A stretch of 64,000 bases of DNA from an uncultured cyanobacterium (GTDB lineage: Bacteria > Cyanobacteriota > Cyanobacteriia > Cyanobacteriales > CAWUOF01), in the NCBI GenBank assembly GCA_963744145.1, contig CAVUSO010000001.1, positions 640,001 to 704,000 on the forward strand, in the 5' to 3' direction. Below are positions 52,640 to 62,220 of this stretch, piece after piece. The number at the start of each line of letters is the position of its first letter. Positions within the stretch are counted from its first letter, which is position 1. The translations under genes and the position numbers were made by a program. Under the pieces are notes generated by a model that saw only the letters and a program-made list of their open reading frames with translations, searched no databases and was not told where the DNA came from.

Positions 52640-54529
52640 ATGACATTTATTTTCAGCGAATTTCAACCCATTGCCGCGATCGCGACCACTCCTAACAGCT
52701 ACCAAAGATTAGCATTGGTCTGTCACTCTCTAGATATTCCCCTCTGGATACCCCCAGCTTTAGCCGATCGCGCTAGGAATGCTAAAATTTATCAAGGTTC
52801 TCTCAAAGATCACATAGCTTTTCTTTGGCAAAATCATCGCAGTTTTATATTTTGTTTAGCGACTGGTGCTGTAGTCCGGTTAATTGCACCTTTATTACAA
52901 GATAAATCCCATGATCCAGCAGTAATCGTCATTGATGAAAATGCCAAGTTTGTGATTAGTTTATGTAGTGGACATCAAGGAAAAGCTGATCAATTTGCCC
53001 GACTAATTGCTTTAAAATTAGGAGCCACACCGATTCTCACTGGTGCAGCTAATAGCTTAAATTTACCAGGGATTGATATTTTTGGGTTACCATTTGGATG
53101 GAAAAGAGGTTTAGGAGATTGGACAGGAGTAAGTGCGGCGATCGCTCGTGGTGAATCAGTCCAAGTAATTCAAGAAGTAGGGTCAACTCTGTGGCAAAAT
53201 CATCTACCTCTATCCCATCCTTTTACTTTTGGATTTCCAGAATATCCTAGTCCTGATCACCAAGAACTAATTTCACCTCAAGCAAGAATTTGGATTAGTG
53301 CTACTCAACGACAATTTGCCCTAAAATCAGAATTCCCAAAAGTCCAATGGCACCCCAGAGTTTTGTGGATAGGAATTGGTTGTGAACGGGGAACTTCTCA
53401 AATAGTAATTGCTCAAGCAATTAAACAAATCTGTCAGAGTAATCATTTGGCTGAAGATGCGATCGCTGGGATTGCGACCATTGATATTAAAGCTGATGAA
53501 GTCGGATTAATCGAATTATGTCGCGATCGCGATTATGCTTTCTTAACTTTTCCGGCTGAAGTTTTACGCCATATCCCAGTTCCCAATCCTTCCCCTATTG
53601 TAGCAGCAGAAGTCGGCACTCCTAGTGTAGCAGAAGCTGCGGCTTTAGCTGCGGCTAAATGTGCAGAATTGTTAGTTTCTAAGCAAATCTTTAGACTGGA
53701 AAATCAATCAGGAGCGGTAACGATCGCGATCGCGCAAGCGGAACAAGAATATATTGGACATTCTGGTAAATTATTATTGGTTGGTACAGGACCAGGAAAT
53801 TTAGATCAAATGACCCCAGCAGCACAAATTGCGATTAGTAGTGCTGATGTGATTATTGGGTATTCTTTATATATAGATTTAATCTCCCCATTAATCCATC
53901 CAGGACAAATAATCGAAGCTTTACCAATTACCCAAGAAAGACAACGAGCAGAAAGAGCGATCGAATTAGCGCAATGGGGTTTAACAGTCGCGGTGATTTC
54001 TTCGGGAGATTGTGGTATTTATGGAATGGCTGGATTAGTGTTAGAGCAACTACAACAATTAGATTGGGATGGGAAAACACCGCAAGTACAAGTATTTCCA
54101 GGAATTAGTGCTTTACAATCAGCAGCATCACGAGTAGGGGCACCTTTAATGCACGATTTTTGTGCAATTAGTTTAAGCGATTTATTAACACCCTGGGAAA
54201 TAATTGAAAAACGTCTAATTGCCGCAGCAACAGCAGATTTTGTGGTAGCAATTTATAATCCGCGATCGCAAACCCGGATTCAACAAATCGCGATCGCTCA
54301 AACTATTTTTCTCCAACATCGTCCGGCTCAAACTCCAGTAGCGATCGTTCATTCTGCTTATCGAGAGGATGAACAAATTACTCTCTCTACCCTTGACAAA
54401 TTCTTAGAAATACCCATTGATATGTTAACTACAGTAATCATTGGTAATCACAGCACTTGTATTTATCAAAATTGGATGATTACACCGCGAGGATATTTAG
54501 GTTTTCAGCCAAAAGAGGAAATAAATTAG
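52640..54529 (+). CDS. cobJ: CbiG-CobJ(CbiH) fusion, precorrin-3B C17-methyltransferase
   Basis: ATGAVVRLIAP, DPAVIVID, SGHQG, GIGCERG, SVAEAAAL; VGTGPG, SSGDCGIYGMAG, HDFCAISLSDLLTPW, TPRGY. Confidence 0.95.
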   Translation: MTFIFSEFQPIAAIATTPNSYQRLALVCHSLDIPLWIPPALADRARNAKIYQGSLKDHIAFLWQNHRSFIFCLATGAVVRLIAPLLQDKSHDPAVIVIDENAKFVISLCSGHQGKADQFARLIALKLGATPILTGAANSLNLPGIDIFGLPFGWKRGLGDWTGVSAAIARGESVQVIQEVGSTLWQNHLPLSHPFTFGFPEYPSPDHQELISPQARIWISATQRQFALKSEFPKVQWHPRVLWIGIGCERGTSQIVIAQAIKQICQSNHLAEDAIAGIATIDIKADEVGLIELCRDRDYAFLTFPAEVLRHIPVPNPSPIVAAEVGTPSVAEAAALAAAKCAELLVSKQIFRLENQSGAVTIAIAQAEQEYIGHSGKLLLVGTGPGNLDQMTPAAQIAISSADVIIGYSLYIDLISPLIHPGQIIEALPITQERQRAERAIELAQWGLTVAVISSGDCGIYGMAGLVLEQLQQLDWDGKTPQVQVFPGISALQSAASRVGAPLMHDFCAISLSDLLTPWEIIEKRLIAAATADFVVAIYNPRSQTRIQQIAIAQTIFLQHRPAQTPVAIVHSAYREDEQITLSTLDKFLEIPIDMLTTVIIGNHSTCIYQNWMITPRGYLGFQPKEEIN

Positions 54530-54546
54530 TCTATGTTCGGAGTTTG

Positions 54547-54617
54547 ATCTGTGGGTGGGGGTGGGTTTTTATAATTAATGGGTAAATTGCTAAAATCTGG
54601 GTGAACCCACCCCTACA
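54547..54617. repeat. REP-like doublet of the same family as that inside 52061-52517
   Basis: GATCTGTGGGTGGGGGTGGGTT...GAACCCACCCCTACA. Confidence 0.7.
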
Positions 54618-54697
54618 GCGATCGGCAAATTGAGGATAAAATTGATCGGAAAATATGTGATTAAATTGGTAGGAGCATTAACTTACTACTAGATCCC

Positions 54698-56134
54698 ATG
54701 ACTAATCATTCCTCGGCTGATACTCCCCCCATAATTCCCCAAAGTGAAAAACTCAGTTTCTGGACTAAACTATCTTTTGGAGTCGGTGATTTAGGAACTG
54801 CTATTTCCGCTAATATCTTTGTTTTTTATCTATCCATTTTTCTCACCAATGTTGCTGGAATGAGTGCGCTAACTGCGGGAAGTGTGCGATTAGTCAGCGG
54901 ACTTTGGGATGCGATCAATGACCCAATTATCGGAATATTGACTGATAAAACTAATTCTCCCTGGGGACGACGCTATCCTTGGATGATCTTTGGTGCAATT
55001 CCTTTAGGAATTTTCTTCTTCTGTCATTGGTTAGTCCCACCATTACAGGGAGGAGCTTTATTTGGCTACTATGTTGTCATTACGATGCTATTCAATACCG
55101 CTTTTAGTTGTGTTAATTTACCCTACACTGCACTCACCCCAGAATTAACTCAAGATTACAATGAACGCACCAGTTTGAATAGTTTTCGTTTTACCTTCTC
55201 TATTGGCGGTAGTATTATTTCTTTAATCTTTGCAGGAATTATCTTTGCTACTGTTAAAAATGAAGTTCAACAATATCTAATCTTAGGTGCAATTGGTGCA
55301 GTTTTTTGCATCGTTTGCCCCTATTTGTGCATCTGGGGAACTCGCGATCGCGTATTAGCGTTTGAGAAAAAGGTAGAACCAGAGAGTTCCGAATCATTAG
55401 GTTATTTTCAACAGTTACGAGTGCTATTCCAGAATCGTCCTTTTTTATTTGTGACTGGGATTTATCTATTTTCTTGGTTAGGAGTTCAAGTTACAGCTAC
55501 TATTATTCCTTACTTTGTCACCGATTGGATGAAACTGCAAGCAAAAGATTCTGCTCAAGTAGCTTTAGCCGTACAAGGGACAGCGTTGTTAATGTTATTT
55601 GTCTGGAAACAAGTCAGCGATCGCTATGGTAAAAAAATAGTTTATTTTATGGGGATGATCCTCTGGATTATCGCTCAAGCTGGATTATTTTTCATTCAAC
55701 CTAATCAAATTGGACTACTATATTGCTTGGGAATAGTTGCAGGATTTGGGGTATCTACTGCTTATTTGATTCCCTGGTCAATGATTCCCGATGTGATCGA
55801 CTTAGATGAATTACAAACCGGACAACGTCGAGAAGGGATATTTTATGGGTTTATGATTTTGTTGCAAAAAGTTGGTTTAGCCCTAGGGTTATATTTAGTA
55901 GGATTAGCTCTAGAACGTGCTGGTTTTATTCCTCGAACTGGAGGAGAACAAGTCATCCAACCATCCTCAGCACTGCTAGCAATTCGTTTAGCAATTGGAC
56001 CATTACCAACTATCTGTCTAATTGGTGGTTTAGTTATGGCTTATTTTTATCCAATTAGCCGTGAAGTCCATGCAGAAATTTTGCTCAAACTCGAAGAACG
56101 TAAGCAAAATCATCATCAAGCAAGCTCCGATTGA
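54698..56134 (+). CDS. GPH/MelB-family MFS sugar:cation symporter
   Basis: WDAINDPIIG.LTD, WGRRYPW, PYTALTPEL...ERTSLNSFR, PDVID..E..TG.RREG. Confidence 0.92.
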   Translation: MTNHSSADTPPIIPQSEKLSFWTKLSFGVGDLGTAISANIFVFYLSIFLTNVAGMSALTAGSVRLVSGLWDAINDPIIGILTDKTNSPWGRRYPWMIFGAIPLGIFFFCHWLVPPLQGGALFGYYVVITMLFNTAFSCVNLPYTALTPELTQDYNERTSLNSFRFTFSIGGSIISLIFAGIIFATVKNEVQQYLILGAIGAVFCIVCPYLCIWGTRDRVLAFEKKVEPESSESLGYFQQLRVLFQNRPFLFVTGIYLFSWLGVQVTATIIPYFVTDWMKLQAKDSAQVALAVQGTALLMLFVWKQVSDRYGKKIVYFMGMILWIIAQAGLFFIQPNQIGLLYCLGIVAGFGVSTAYLIPWSMIPDVIDLDELQTGQRREGIFYGFMILLQKVGLALGLYLVGLALERAGFIPRTGGEQVIQPSSALLAIRLAIGPLPTICLIGGLVMAYFYPISREVHAEILLKLEERKQNHHQASSD

Positions 56135-56464
56135 TTCTAACCAGTACCTGTAGGGGCGAAGCATTCGGGCGACAATTTATTACTTAAATCCATTAACATT
56201 ATATCCGAATGCTTCGCCCAGTTCTGTGCCGATAGCTCTCAGATTGATTCTAACCAGTACCTGTAGGGGCGAAGCATTCGGGCGACAATTTATTACTTAA
56301 ATCCATTAATATTATATCCGAATGCTTCGCCCAGTTCTGTGCCGATAGCTCTCAGATTGATTCTCACCAGTACCTGTAGGGGCGAAGCATTCGGGCGACA
56401 ATTTATTGCTTAAATCCATTAATATTATATCCGAATGCTTCGCCCAGTCTGCGCCGATAGCTCC
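56129..56464. repeat. Three ~113-bp tandem units, each with a GTAG-REP doublet
   Basis: Units start 56129, 56242, 56355; TGTAGGGGCGAAGCATTCGG...CCGAATGCTTCGCCC in each. Confidence 0.92.
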
Positions 56465-56522
56465 CAAAAAATCTTAACTGAATGTATTTTAATATCTAGT
56501 TGATCTGTTGGCTGCATAGATT

Positions 56523-56645
56523 GAGGGCAAAGCATTTCGGTAATATTATCCTTCCCTTCGACTACGCCCTTCGACTCCGCTCAGGGTAAACTCAGGGTAA
56601 ACGTTTAAGCCATCATTTATGCGCCGAAATGCTTTGCCCCTACAG
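56523..56645. repeat. REP-like doublet containing a nested 24-nt repeat
   Basis: GGGCAAAGCATTTCGG...CCGAAATGCTTTGCCCCTAC; nested copy at 56554-56601. Confidence 0.85.
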
Positions 56646-56664
56646 TTAAATGAACCGTATTGTT

Positions 56665-57480
56665 TTATGCTTCTGATTGGGGAATAGGAAAAATCTCCCC
56701 AGCTAAATAAGCATCAAAATGTTGTTGAAAGTAAAGCCAAGAACTCATATCATCTGTATCTAATTTAGCCAATGGTGCATTTTTATACAAAGGTAGACGA
56801 GTATTGATTTCATTTTGCATAAATTCCGGTAATTCATGTAAACCGCTAATTTTTCTACCAGTAGCACTATAAATAAGATAACCAGCTCGATTTCCCATTT
56901 TCATCCAGGGTAACCAAGGACCGATTCTATCCCAACTTAGCAGTAATTTAGACACAGAAATTAAATCTGGGTTCTCAATTTCTTCAGTCGGAACTGTGAG
57001 TTTAAATAATTCCGCAGCTTGATAGATGGGATTTGGACTATATTCGCTAAATTTAGCATCTTGACCAAGGGGGTTAGGGTAAGTGGGAAATAAATCAAAC
57101 ACAAATGTGGTATTTTCCCCATCGACTCGGGCTGGAAAAACACCTTTAAAATAACCTTGAACAGGATTATTAGCAACATGGATTACAGGTAAAATTTCTT
57201 CTGTCCAAGGGTTTTGCCATTTGTGAATGATTTCACCAGTCTTCGGATCAAGATAGTAATTTAATTCTCTTGATGTAAAATCCCATCCTCCCTCTGGATC
57301 AGCAATACATCTACCAACGCTTAATCCTAATATTTGAAACAGGAGCTTTCTTTTTTCCCCTGGAATAACCGCATAAATTGAACCTGCCCATGATAAAAAT
57401 GTTGAAGTACCATCTAGAGAACTGCGAACTTTTACCCAGTCTTTAGCATCAAATTCTTTGATTGACCCAACCATTGACAA
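56665..57480 (-). CDS. DUF1838-like protein
   Basis: W.G.IY, SRELNYYLDPKTGE...WQNPWT.E...V.HVAN.PV, R..PWLPWMKMG. Confidence 0.78.
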   Translation of the reverse strand: MSMVGSIKEFDAKDWVKVRSSLDGTSTFLSWAGSIYAVIPGEKRKLLFQILGLSVGRCIADPEGGWDFTSRELNYYLDPKTGEIIHKWQNPWTEEILPVIHVANNPVQGYFKGVFPARVDGENTTFVFDLFPTYPNPLGQDAKFSEYSPNPIYQAAELFKLTVPTEEIENPDLISVSKLLLSWDRIGPWLPWMKMGNRAGYLIYSATGRKISGLHELPEFMQNEINTRLPLYKNAPLAKLDTDDMSSWLYFQQHFDAYLAGEIFPIPQSEA

Positions 57481-57501
57481 ACTCCTCCAAATAGGTGATT
57501 A

Positions 57502-58377
57502 TTAATTATCTTTGTTTTCAGTAAACTGTTGTTCAATTTGCCGATATTTGGGAACACCTATAAGTTGCTCGAATTCTTGGAAACTAACAAAATTTTCAAA
57601 CCCAATAGTTGTTCCCTGATCTTTTAATTGACGGAAACAAGCTGTCATAATATGAGTAGTTGCGAGTAATCCAGATAGCGGGAAAAATACGATCTTAAAA
57701 CCTAGTTGCTGTAATTCGGTAGCCGAAATTTGTGGAGTTTTTCCACCTTCAACAATATTAGCGACTAATGGTATATCGGGAAAAGCAGTCGCGATCGCTT
57801 TTAGTTCCTCAACCGATTGGGGAGCTTCGACAAAAAGTACATCTGCTCCTGCTCCTAGATAAGCTTTACCTCGACGAATTGCTTCTGTTAAACCCAAGGG
57901 GGCTCGAGCATCGGTACGACTAATAATTACCAAACCACTATCACCACGAGCTTGAACTGCTGCTTGAATTTTTCCGACTTGTTCTGTCATAGAAATAACT
58001 CGTTTACCCTCAAAATGACCGCATTTTTTTGGCCATTCTTGGTCTTCCAGAATTACTCCCGCTAATCCTAATTGTACTGCATCTTTGATAATCCGAATCA
58101 CATTTAAGGCATTACCATAACCTGTATCTAGATCCGCAATTAGAGGGATATTAATTGACTGAGCAATTCGTCCGACACTATAAAGCATTTCTGTGGCAGT
58201 CAGAAAACCATAATCGGGCAATCCTAATGTAGAAGCAGCAATTCCAAATCCACTTGTAGCTGTTACTTCAAACCCGATCTGTTCTACTAATTTAGCAGCT
58301 AAACAGTCATAAACTCCGGGAATAATCAAGATTTCAGGGCGATCGAGTAACTGTCGTAGTTTTTGGGGATGATTCAT
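57502..58377 (-). CDS. Isocitrate lyase/PEP-mutase superfamily enzyme (methylisocitrate lyase/oxaloacetate decarboxylase-like)
   Basis: GLPDYG, ADLDTGYG, EDQ.WPKKCGH, SRTDA, NIVEGGKTP. Confidence 0.9.
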   Translation of the reverse strand: MNHPQKLRQLLDRPEILIIPGVYDCLAAKLVEQIGFEVTATSGFGIAASTLGLPDYGFLTATEMLYSVGRIAQSINIPLIADLDTGYGNALNVIRIIKDAVQLGLAGVILEDQEWPKKCGHFEGKRVISMTEQVGKIQAAVQARGDSGLVIISRTDARAPLGLTEAIRRGKAYLGAGADVLFVEAPQSVEELKAIATAFPDIPLVANIVEGGKTPQISATELQQLGFKIVFFPLSGLLATTHIMTACFRQLKDQGTTIGFENFVSFQEFEQLIGVPKYRQIEQQFTENKDN

Positions 58378-58416
58378 ATATACAAAAGAACTATTGGATC
58401 TAAGTTATTAACCAAG

Positions 58417-58567
58417 TGTCAATTTGCTATTGACGAGTTGGGATACTGATGTTTTAATGATATCAAAATTTGGCGATCGCCAGCAGAAAATATCAAAAAA
58501 TATAGCTCATCTAAAGATATAATTATATAATCCGATCTTTAGATAATCTTTTTTTATTGAAAGGATT
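58417..58567 (+). repeat. Copy 1 of a ~150-bp imperfect direct repeat
   Basis: TGTCAATTTG..TTGACGAGTT.GGATA.TGATGTTTTAATGATATCAA.ATTTGGCGATCGC...GAAAATAT.AAA.AATATAGCT...TATATAATC; matches 60663-60817. Confidence 0.85.
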
Positions 58568-58645
58568 ATATATCATCGGTTGTTAGAGTGTAACCGCAGG
58601 CTAGACTGAAATTTAAAATTGGGTAACTAAGCAGGAGTGAGTAGA

Positions 58646-59710
58646 ATGGTTACAAAAATAGCCCTCTTTAATCATAAAGGTGGAGTTAGCAAGACTACAA
58701 CTACATTTAACCTTGGTTGGATACTTGCTGACAAAGGGAAAAAAGTGATTCTTGTGGATGCTGACCCACAATGTAACCTAACTGGCATGGCGTTGGGAGA
58801 GGGAACGGAGGATAATGAAGCCAGAATAGAAAAAATCTTCAATACACACTCAAATATCAAAATAGGTCTAGCGCCAGCTTTTGAATCGCAACCAAAAGCT
58901 ATTGAGGCAGTGGACTGTATTCCGATTAAAGGTCGAGAGGGATTATTTTTACTACCTGGTCATGTGGGCTTTGCAGAATATGAAGTAACCCTAGGTATTG
59001 CCCAAGAACTCAGTGCCTCAATTCAAGCTCTCAAAAATTTACCAGGTTCTATTACAGATTTGTTGGAAAAAACTGCCAAGAAGTTTGATGCGGATTACAT
59101 ATTGATTGATATGAGTCCAAGTTTGGGAGCAATCAACCAGAATTTATTGATGACTAGCGACTTTTTTATAGTGCCGACGACTGCTGATTTCTTTTCCGTA
59201 ATGGCAATTGATTCTTTAGCAAAAGTATTGCCAAAATGGTATGCCTGGGCAAAGGCAGCTAGTTCACTTCCAATCCTGAAAGATGCTGCCTATCCATTTC
59301 CTGATGTCACTCTGCGCTTTTTAGGGATTATTATTCAGAATTACCGAATCATTGGTGGCAAAGAAACTGCTGCTTTTGAAACTTGGATTCAGAAAATAGA
59401 GGAAAATGTTTCCTCTAAATTGGTGCCAATTCTACGTGAGCATAATATGATGCTGCCCAATCAAGTTTATGACCAACAGGGTATTAATCAAAATTTTTGT
59501 CTAACAAAAATTTCCAACTTTAATAGCCTAATTCCGCGCTCTCAAGAGTATGGAACTCCAATTTACGATCTGACCCCTCAGCAATTAGGGCAGGTAGGAA
59601 AAGTATTGGAAAATAACCAGAAAAAGCAAGCTGAGTTTCGAGAGATATTTTCAGACCTTGCAGATAAAATTATCGGATTAACATCTGCTGCCTATGCTGT
59701 CTGCGCTTAA
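58646..59710 (+). CDS. ParA/Soj-like ATPase, orphan conflict-system type
   Basis: NHKGGVSKTTT deviant Walker A, VDADPQCNLT, IDMSPSLG; AGGAG RBS before ATG 58646; no parB. Confidence 0.9.
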   Translation: MVTKIALFNHKGGVSKTTTTFNLGWILADKGKKVILVDADPQCNLTGMALGEGTEDNEARIEKIFNTHSNIKIGLAPAFESQPKAIEAVDCIPIKGREGLFLLPGHVGFAEYEVTLGIAQELSASIQALKNLPGSITDLLEKTAKKFDADYILIDMSPSLGAINQNLLMTSDFFIVPTTADFFSVMAIDSLAKVLPKWYAWAKAASSLPILKDAAYPFPDVTLRFLGIIIQNYRIIGGKETAAFETWIQKIEENVSSKLVPILREHNMMLPNQVYDQQGINQNFCLTKISNFNSLIPRSQEYGTPIYDLTPQQLGQVGKVLENNQKKQAEFREIFSDLADKIIGLTSAAYAVCA

Positions 59711-60443
59711 TCAATTCCAAATCAGTATTGCTCGTGTTCGAGACTTGATTTCTATTCATAATTCTGTCAAAGCTCAGTCTACTCCGGTCTTAGATTTGTC
59801 AGATATTTTGAGAGCTGCTTTAGTTCTGGCGGTGAGTGCTTTGGATTATTATGTGCATGAAGTTGTAATATTAGGAATAATAGAGATTCATAGAGGACAA
59901 CGTTCTGAGCCTAATCCTCCGCCCAACAGTTCTCAATCCGCATTTTCTCGTTTTCAAGTTTCATTGGGTGGCGCAAGACAAGAAAGATTAATAGCTATAG
60001 ATATTGCTTCTTGGCTAGAGAATGAAATCCAACAAAGTCAAGGTTACTCATTTTTACAACAGTCCTATACAGTCTCAGCTTTACTTCCATTGATATCAAG
60101 TAGTATTCACAACAGATTAAACAATACCTCTTGGCTAGAAGATGAAGTTCGCGATCGCCTTGGATACCAGAGTTTTCAGCAACCGGAAAAAATAGCTGAT
60201 GCGATTAGGCTGATTTCAGATCAGAAATTGTGGGATGAGGTGGCAGTGAAACTGGGCAAATCTGCAAAAGATGTTAAGCAACAACTCAGTGTAATTGTTG
60301 ATCGAAGAAACAAAATTGCCCATGAAGCTGATATAGATCCGACTTTTGGGATCGGAAATCGTTGGAACATTGATGAAAGTCAAGTTAACGATGCAGTTAA
60401 TTTTATTGAGCAAGTTGTTGAGAGCATTCATCAAGTTATTTAA
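59694..60443 (+). CDS. HEPN-domain protein (RiboL-PSP-HEPN-like)
   Basis: RAALVLAVSALDYYVHE and RRNKIAHEAD (RxxxxH); overlaps the ParA stop codon. Confidence 0.82.
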   Translation: MLSALNQFQISIARVRDLISIHNSVKAQSTPVLDLSDILRAALVLAVSALDYYVHEVVILGIIEIHRGQRSEPNPPPNSSQSAFSRFQVSLGGARQERLIAIDIASWLENEIQQSQGYSFLQQSYTVSALLPLISSSIHNRLNNTSWLEDEVRDRLGYQSFQQPEKIADAIRLISDQKLWDEVAVKLGKSAKDVKQQLSVIVDRRNKIAHEADIDPTFGIGNRWNIDESQVNDAVNFIEQVVESIHQVI

Positions 60444-60662
60444 GTGTATATGCAAATAATCTAAGCCGTCGATGGAGTGGATAAACAGAAGATATTGGTG
60501 GGGATACAAAAGTTATCTACCGATGGTGACTTGCTTTCCGAATGGCGGTTGAAACGCAAGAGGAACATATTACTGAAACTGTGAATTCTGGATCAGACGA
60601 AATTGATTAGGGTAGGGTGGCAACTTCTGGACTTTCTTTGGTGGTTGCGGTGGGTATTCTGT

Positions 60663-60817
60663 TGTCAATTTGGTCTTGACGAGTTTGGATAATGATGTTT
60701 TAATGATATCAAGATTTGGCGATCGCTCAAAGAAAATATTAAAGAATATAGCTGGCAGATAAATCATATTTATATAATCTTTTTTTTTATATAATCTTTT
60801 TATATTTAAAGAAGATT
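60663..60817 (+). repeat. Copy 2 of the ~150-bp direct repeat
   Basis: Aligns with 58417-58567 at an offset of 2246 bp. Confidence 0.85.
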
Positions 60818-61107
60818 CAAAAATGAGGATAGAAACTGCTATATTAAGAAATGTTGAAGAATTGTCTAAATCTGTCAAATAGGCAGTTTTTAACTATACA
60901 AATCTTAGAAAGGATATCAAGTGTATGGGGCGACTCTAGAAATAGCTGAAATGCCTTCTGTATAATGATTTTGGTGAAACCTGTGGAAAAGCGTAAATTT
61001 ACCGATTAAATACTTGCGGTTTTATGTGTTGCAATGATATGTGAAATTGTCCTTGCTCTACAATTAATAGTTAGACTCTAATTTCAGGAAAGTTTAGTGA
61101 AAAATTT

Positions 61108-62220
61108 ATGAACACATCCTCACATATTTTAAAGCTAATTATGTCAGGCAACATAAATGTTCCGGCAATGATTAACGCTATTATTCGAGCGACGCTTGAA
61201 GCCAGAGAAAACGCTAAAGACCCTAGTTTAATATTCCGTCAAATACATATTTTTCATACAGAGCAATCTCTACAAGCTATGATGGCAAAGTCTAATTCTT
61301 GGCAGTCGGACATTGACTGTCTAACTCAAAGTTTAACAGCGTTATTACCAGTTGGCTTTGATTTAGAGCATCTACAAACTTCTCTACTCTCTGGAATTAA
61401 CTCACGATTATTGGGAGAAGTGACAGGAGAATCATATAATTATCGCCATTCTGTATTTTCATCCTCGGCTGGTGTTGAAGAAATGGCAAATATTCTACTC
61501 AGCATTATACAAGGTGCTGATCTAGAAAATAAAACTCTTGGAAACAAACTTAATGATATATATAGTTTTGCTAAAAATAATCCTAAATATTTTATTAATA
61601 CAAAAGTTTTAGAACATCTTAATCGTTGAATAGCAGAAGTTCGTAATGATGTGGTACACCCAACATCTGGAATTGAAAGAGACAAAGAAACAACAGCAAT
61701 TCAGTCATATCTTTCATCACAGCTTTCTGTTGCTTTTCTTCAGTTTACCATCAAGGCATTGTCTGTTTTCTTGGATGAGCAAGGAAAACTTCTTGATGTT
61801 TTGGTACTTGAAGCAGCAGAAGATGATCAAAGTTTATTTTATTTTGGGTTTGATGGAGATGCCACGGGAGATTATTTGGAAATAGCTTTTGGCGATTTAG
61901 CTCAAGATGAGTCTGAAGTTTTGAGTAGAAGTGAAAAACTTCGAGAAGCAATCAAAAAATTAAAGACTGTAATATTTAAAGAAACAAAAAATAATAAGTC
62001 TGTTCTTTTTGCTGAAGGTGACAACATATTATTTAAAGCCCCATATAACCAAGCTTTACTAAATAAATTACAACAAATTTATACTGATGAAACAGGTCTC
62101 AATTGCAGTATTGGTTATGGAAGTACGTTACGAGAAGCTGCGATAGCTATGCGGCTAGCAAAGGGAAAAGAAGGCAATAGTATCGTTGGTGTGGCAGTGA
62201 AAAGTAATTACACGGAGTAA
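61108..62220 (+). pseudogene. CARF-like + HEPN + mCpol (minimal CRISPR polymerase) gene interrupted by one in-frame TGA at 61627-61629
   Basis: The two ORFs share a frame: ...EHLNR*IAEVRNDVVHP; mCpol motifs YFGFDGDATGDYLE, FAEGDNILF, CSIGYG.TLREA..A.RLAK. Confidence 0.75.

Noticed and set aside
52520..52640. Cobalamin riboswitch upstream of cobJ
   Set aside because: No B12-box seen; the upstream structure is explained by REP/MITE sequence.
56129..56464. Possible CRISPR array
   Set aside because: The would-be spacers are near-identical, units are 113 bp with REP palindromes, and no cas genes are present.
58646..59710. Chromosome or plasmid partition locus
   Set aside because: No parB or rep gene; the partner is a HEPN protein.
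58417..60817. Tn7/CAST transposon ends (repeats begin with TGT)
   Set aside because: The copies are direct, not inverted, have no internal TnsB-site repeats, and no tns genes are present.
60570..60878. 102-aa minus-strand ORF
   Set aside because: Runs across the AT-rich direct repeat, has no recognisable motif, and is probably spurious.
61627..61629. Selenocysteine recoding of the in-frame TGA
   Set aside because: No evident SECIS-like hairpin downstream and no redox-motif context.
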